Assembly (NCBI GenBank): GCA_963736655.1
Contig: CAVTPM010000004.1
Coordinates: 30,793 to 94,792, forward strand
Origin: an uncultured Actinomycetota bacterium
GTDB lineage: Bacteria; Actinomycetota; Actinomycetes; DATJPE01
DNA: 64,000 nucleotides
Reading direction: 5' to 3'
The translations under genes and the position numbers were made by a program. The notes under the pieces are model-generated. The model did not search any database, was not told where the DNA came from, and was given only the letters and a program-made list of their open reading frames with translations. Of this stretch, positions 61,289 through 64,000 are shown one piece after another. Each line of letters opens with the position of its first letter. Position 1 is the stretch's first letter.

Positions 61289-61975
61289 TCACTCGCCGCT
61301 CGACGACCCGGCCTTGTAGCCGACGCCGCGGACGGTGACCACGATCTCGGGGTTCTCCGGGTCGATCTCGATCTTGGAGCGCAGCCGCTGGACGTGGACG
61401 TTGACCAGGCGGGTGTCCGCGGCGTGCCGGTAGCCCCACACCTGGTCGAGGAGCAGCTCGCGCGAGAACACCTGCCAGGGCTTGCGCGCCAGGGCGACGA
61501 GCAGGTCGAACTCCAGCGGCGTGAGGTTGATCGCCGTGTCGCCCCGACGGACGGCGTGACCGGCGACGTCGATGCTGAGGTCCCCGATCGACAACGAGCC
61601 CTGCGTGGGGTCCTGAGCCGGACGAAGCCTGGCCCGGACCCGAGCGACGAGCTCCTTGGGCTTGAACGGCTTGACCACGTAGTCGTCGGCGCCGCTCTCG
61701 AGGCCGAGCACCACGTCGATCGTGTCGCCCTTGGCCGTCAGCATGACGATGGGGACGCCGGACTCGGCACGGATCTGCTTGGCGACGTCGATGCCGTCAC
61801 GTCCGGGAAGCATCAGATCGAGCAGGACCAGATCAGGGCGGGTCTCCCGGAAGGCGTCGAAGGCCTTGGCGCCGTCGGCGCAGAAGAAGGGCTCGAAACC
61901 CTCCCCACGAAGGACGATCCCGAGCATCTCGGACAGCGCGAGGTCGTCGTCGACGACGAGCACGCGGCCCTTCAT
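61289..61975 (-). CDS. mtrA: OmpR-family response regulator MtrA
   Basis: 228 aa MKGRVLVVDDDLALSEMLGIVLRGEGFEPFFCADGAKAFDAFRETRPDLVLLDLMLPGRDGIDV...; wHTH ...VTVRGVGYK. Intact. Confidence 0.9.
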   Translation of the reverse strand: MKGRVLVVDDDLALSEMLGIVLRGEGFEPFFCADGAKAFDAFRETRPDLVLLDLMLPGRDGIDVAKQIRAESGVPIVMLTAKGDTIDVVLGLESGADDYVVKPFKPKELVARVRARLRPAQDPTQGSLSIGDLSIDVAGHAVRRGDTAINLTPLEFDLLVALARKPWQVFSRELLLDQVWGYRHAADTRLVNVHVQRLRSKIEIDPENPEIVVTVRGVGYKAGSSSGE

Positions 61976-62129
61976 GGTCTGCCCCTTCCGATCATCGGCT
62001 CCACGGTAGGCCCAAGCAGCCCTCCACGACACCTCCGACGAAATCGTCGGGCCCTCGGTTCCGCCGGACGCCGCCCCGCTGACGGTGGACCGCCTGCGCG
62101 TGCGAGCAGGCCGCAGGTGGAACGATGCC

Positions 62130-63364
62130 GGGATGACCGACGACGCCGGATGGGGCCAGCCCGGCCAGGAGAACGACGAAGCGGGATGGGGCCATCCCGG
62201 CCAGGAGCAGGCGCCGCCCCACCCGGGCTGGGCTCCCGAGCAACCGCCCGCGCCGCCGCCGCCCCACCCGGGCTGGGCTCCGAGCAACCGCCGCACGCCG
62301 CCGCCCCCTCCAGCAGCCGGGCTACCCGCCGCCCGGGACCTACCCCCCGACCTACCCCCCGCCTGGCGCGTACCCGGCCCACCTGGGCCACCCCGGTTAC
62401 GCGACGATGCCGCCCGCCGCGCCCAAACCGGGCGTCATCCCCCTGCGCCCGCTCGGCATCGGCGAGATCCTCGACGGCGCGATCCAGAGCGTCCGACGCA
62501 ACCCGAAGGTCATGCTCGGCCTCTCGGCGGTGGTCGTGAGCCTGACCTCGCTCATCACCTTCGCCCTGACCTGGTCGTTCCTGCAGGACCTGAGCGCGCT
62601 CGACCCGGCCACGGCGACGCACCGACGACTTCGTCGGCGCCTACGGGAGCCTGATCGGGGGCAGCATCCCGGGCACGGTCGTCGGCACCGTCGCCCAGAC
62701 GATCCTCATCGGCGTGCTGACCGTCGTCGTCGGTCGTGCCGCGCTCGGGCAGACCCCGACGCTGAGCGAGGCGTGGACGCTGGTCCGCCCGCGGCTCCTG
62801 CGGCTGCTCGGGCTGTCGATCGTCGCCACGGTCGGGACCTGGGGGCTGCTCGTCGTCGGCGTCGGAGCGGTGGTCGCCCTGGCGTTCGCCACCACGCCCT
62901 GGCTGCTCGTGCTCCTCCCGGTCGCCGTGCTGCCGGCGGTCTTCGTCTACGTCATGTGGTGGATCGCGAGCCCCGCCCTGGTGCTGGAGAAAGCGCCGGT
63001 CTTCCGCTCCCTCGGTCGCTCGTGGGCCCTGGTGAAGGGCGCGTGGTGGCGCACCTTCCTGATCGTCTTGCTCACGCTGGTCCTCACCACCGTCATCACC
63101 TCGGTCATCGCAGTGCCGTTCCAGCTGCTCGGAGGCTTCACCACCTTCTTCACCTCGAACCCGGACAACCCCTTCGAGATCAGCGTCTGGGGGCTCCTGG
63201 TCCAGTCGATCGGTCAGATGATCGGCCTGACGATCACCTACCCGTTCACCGCGGCCGTCACCGTGCTGGTGTACGTCGACCGGCGCATGCGCGTGGAGGG
63301 TCTCGACCTCGAGCTCGCCCGTGCGGCGACCGCCCCGAGGCCGACCGGGCCCCCTCAGCCGTGA
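62130..63364 (+). CDS. Pro/Gly/Tyr-rich N-terminal repeat region followed by a ~7-TM membrane domain (hypothetical); multiple frameshifts in the repeat region
   Basis: Tandem DNA repeats 62140-62300 encode GWGQPGQE / PHPGWAPEQPP units, then ...PGYPPPGTYPPTYPPPGAYP..., then ...GIGEILDGAIQSVRRNPKVMLGLSAVVVSLTSLITFAL... and ORF 62714..63364 (hydrophobic). Confidence 0.5.
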
Positions 63365-64000
63365 TGCCGCTGGCGCTCTCCGACGTACCGGTCGAGCTCG
63401 GACGCGACGAGGCTGCGCGCCTGGCCGTGCAGGAGCTCGCCGACCCCGCCTATCACGTCGACGACCCCGGGCTGGTCGAGCGCGGGATCCGCTGGGTCGT
63501 CGACCGGCTCGGCGAGCTCGTCGACCGGGCGGCCGGCTCGCTCCCCGGCGGACGATGGGGGCTGCTGGCCCTGGTGGTCCTCGCAGCGATCGTGCTCGCG
63601 TTCGTGCTCTGGCGGGCCGGGCCGGTCCGACGCAGCTCCTCGAGCGCCACGGCGTTGTTCGTGGGGCGGGCGAAGACCGCGGCCGACCATCGTCGAGAGG
63701 CCGACCGTGCGTCGGCGCAGGGCCGGTGGGAGGACGCCGTCCTGGAGCGCTACCGCGCGATCGTCCGGGCCCTGGAGGAGCGCACGATCCTCGACCCCAG
63801 ACCCGGGCGTACGGCCGACGAGGCTGCGCACGAGGGCGGCCTTGCCCTGCCGGCCCTGGCTGCCGACCTGTGGTCCGCGTCCACCACCTTCGACGCCGTC
63901 GCCTACGGCGGTCGACCGGCCTCCTCGACCGATGACCGGTTCCTGCGCGCGCTCGACCACGCGGTCGCGGCCGCTTCGCCGCAGCGGGTCGCCACCAGGA
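63361..64000 (+). CDS. DUF4129 domain protein (N-terminal TM helix); 3' end outside window
   Basis: Hand translation from GTG 63361 (frame not in the ORF track because there is no stop within the window): VMPLALSDVPVELGRDEAARLAVQELADPAYHVDDPG...GRWGLLALVVLAAIVLAFVLW...AQGRWEDAVLERYRAIVRALEERTILDPRPGRTADEAAHEGG... Confidence 0.6.
   Translation, partial: MMPLALSDVPVELGRDEAARLAVQELADPAYHVDDPGLVERGIRWVVDRLGELVDRAAGSLPGGRWGLLALVVLAAIVLAFVLWRAGPVRRSSSSATALFVGRAKTAADHRREADRASAQGRWEDAVLERYRAIVRALEERTILDPRPGRTADEAAHEGGLALPALAADLWSASTTFDAVAYGGRPASSTDDRFLRALDHAVAAASPQRVATR

Noticed and set aside
1-64000. Search for mobile-element hallmarks (integrase, transposase, tRNA targets, terminal inverted repeats), CRISPR arrays or toxin-antitoxin pairs
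   Set aside because: None found in any frame. The only dispersed repeat is the 63 bp palindrome, which lacks coding capacity and target-site duplications.

Overview
This 64 kb window is ~72% GC actinobacterial chromosome (Nocardioides-like) and is densely coding on both strands. I found no tRNA or rRNA genes, no CRISPR array, and no transposase or integrase. Content: a moeZ-like sulfurtransferase; a frameshifted peptidase-C26 gamma-glutamyl hydrolase; an APH(6)-like aminoglycoside kinase divergent from a Nei glycosylase. A minus-strand cluster follows: SDR, aldehyde dehydrogenase, type-III glutamine-synthetase-like, PAC2, GntR, DMGDH-like FAD/GcvT oxidoreductase, choline-kinase-family kinase. 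I read this as a gamma-glutamylation-type amine/aminoalcohol catabolic island. Next is a four-gene 2-oxoacid:ferredoxin oxidoreductase locus (porG-porA-porB plus a GltD-like flavoprotein fused to a 2x[4Fe-4S] delta domain), then Ku with a stand-alone LigD polymerase domain. After that: an OmpR-type two-component system with HtrA; a TetR/DUF3107/GGDEF-EAL/ferritin-like/DEAD-box helicase/L,D-transpeptidase/ParA block syntenic with M. tuberculosis Rv3206c-Rv3213c; and a ~1170 aa Zn-ribbon-adenylyl-cyclase-AAA-TPR regulator. The rest holds a RecB-family nuclease with a PHP phosphoesterase, WS/DGAT, SRPBCC and acyl-CoA dehydrogenase genes, two LuxR-type two-component systems, an HpcH/CitE aldolase, a YcaQ/AlkZ-like glycosylase, hpf, comF, and lpqB-mtrB-mtrA. 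Two things stand out. First, a 63 bp perfect palindromic element occurs twice (3028..3090 and 53974..54036) between convergent genes and supplies their stop codons. Second, at least 25 genes need single-base frame corrections to give full-length homologues. That pattern points to homopolymer indel errors in the assembly rather than true pseudogenes, so feature coordinates are approximate (±3 nt at frameshift sites) and disrupted genes are called CDS, not pseudogene. Most long ORFs in the supplied track that run antisense to these genes are high-GC artefacts.
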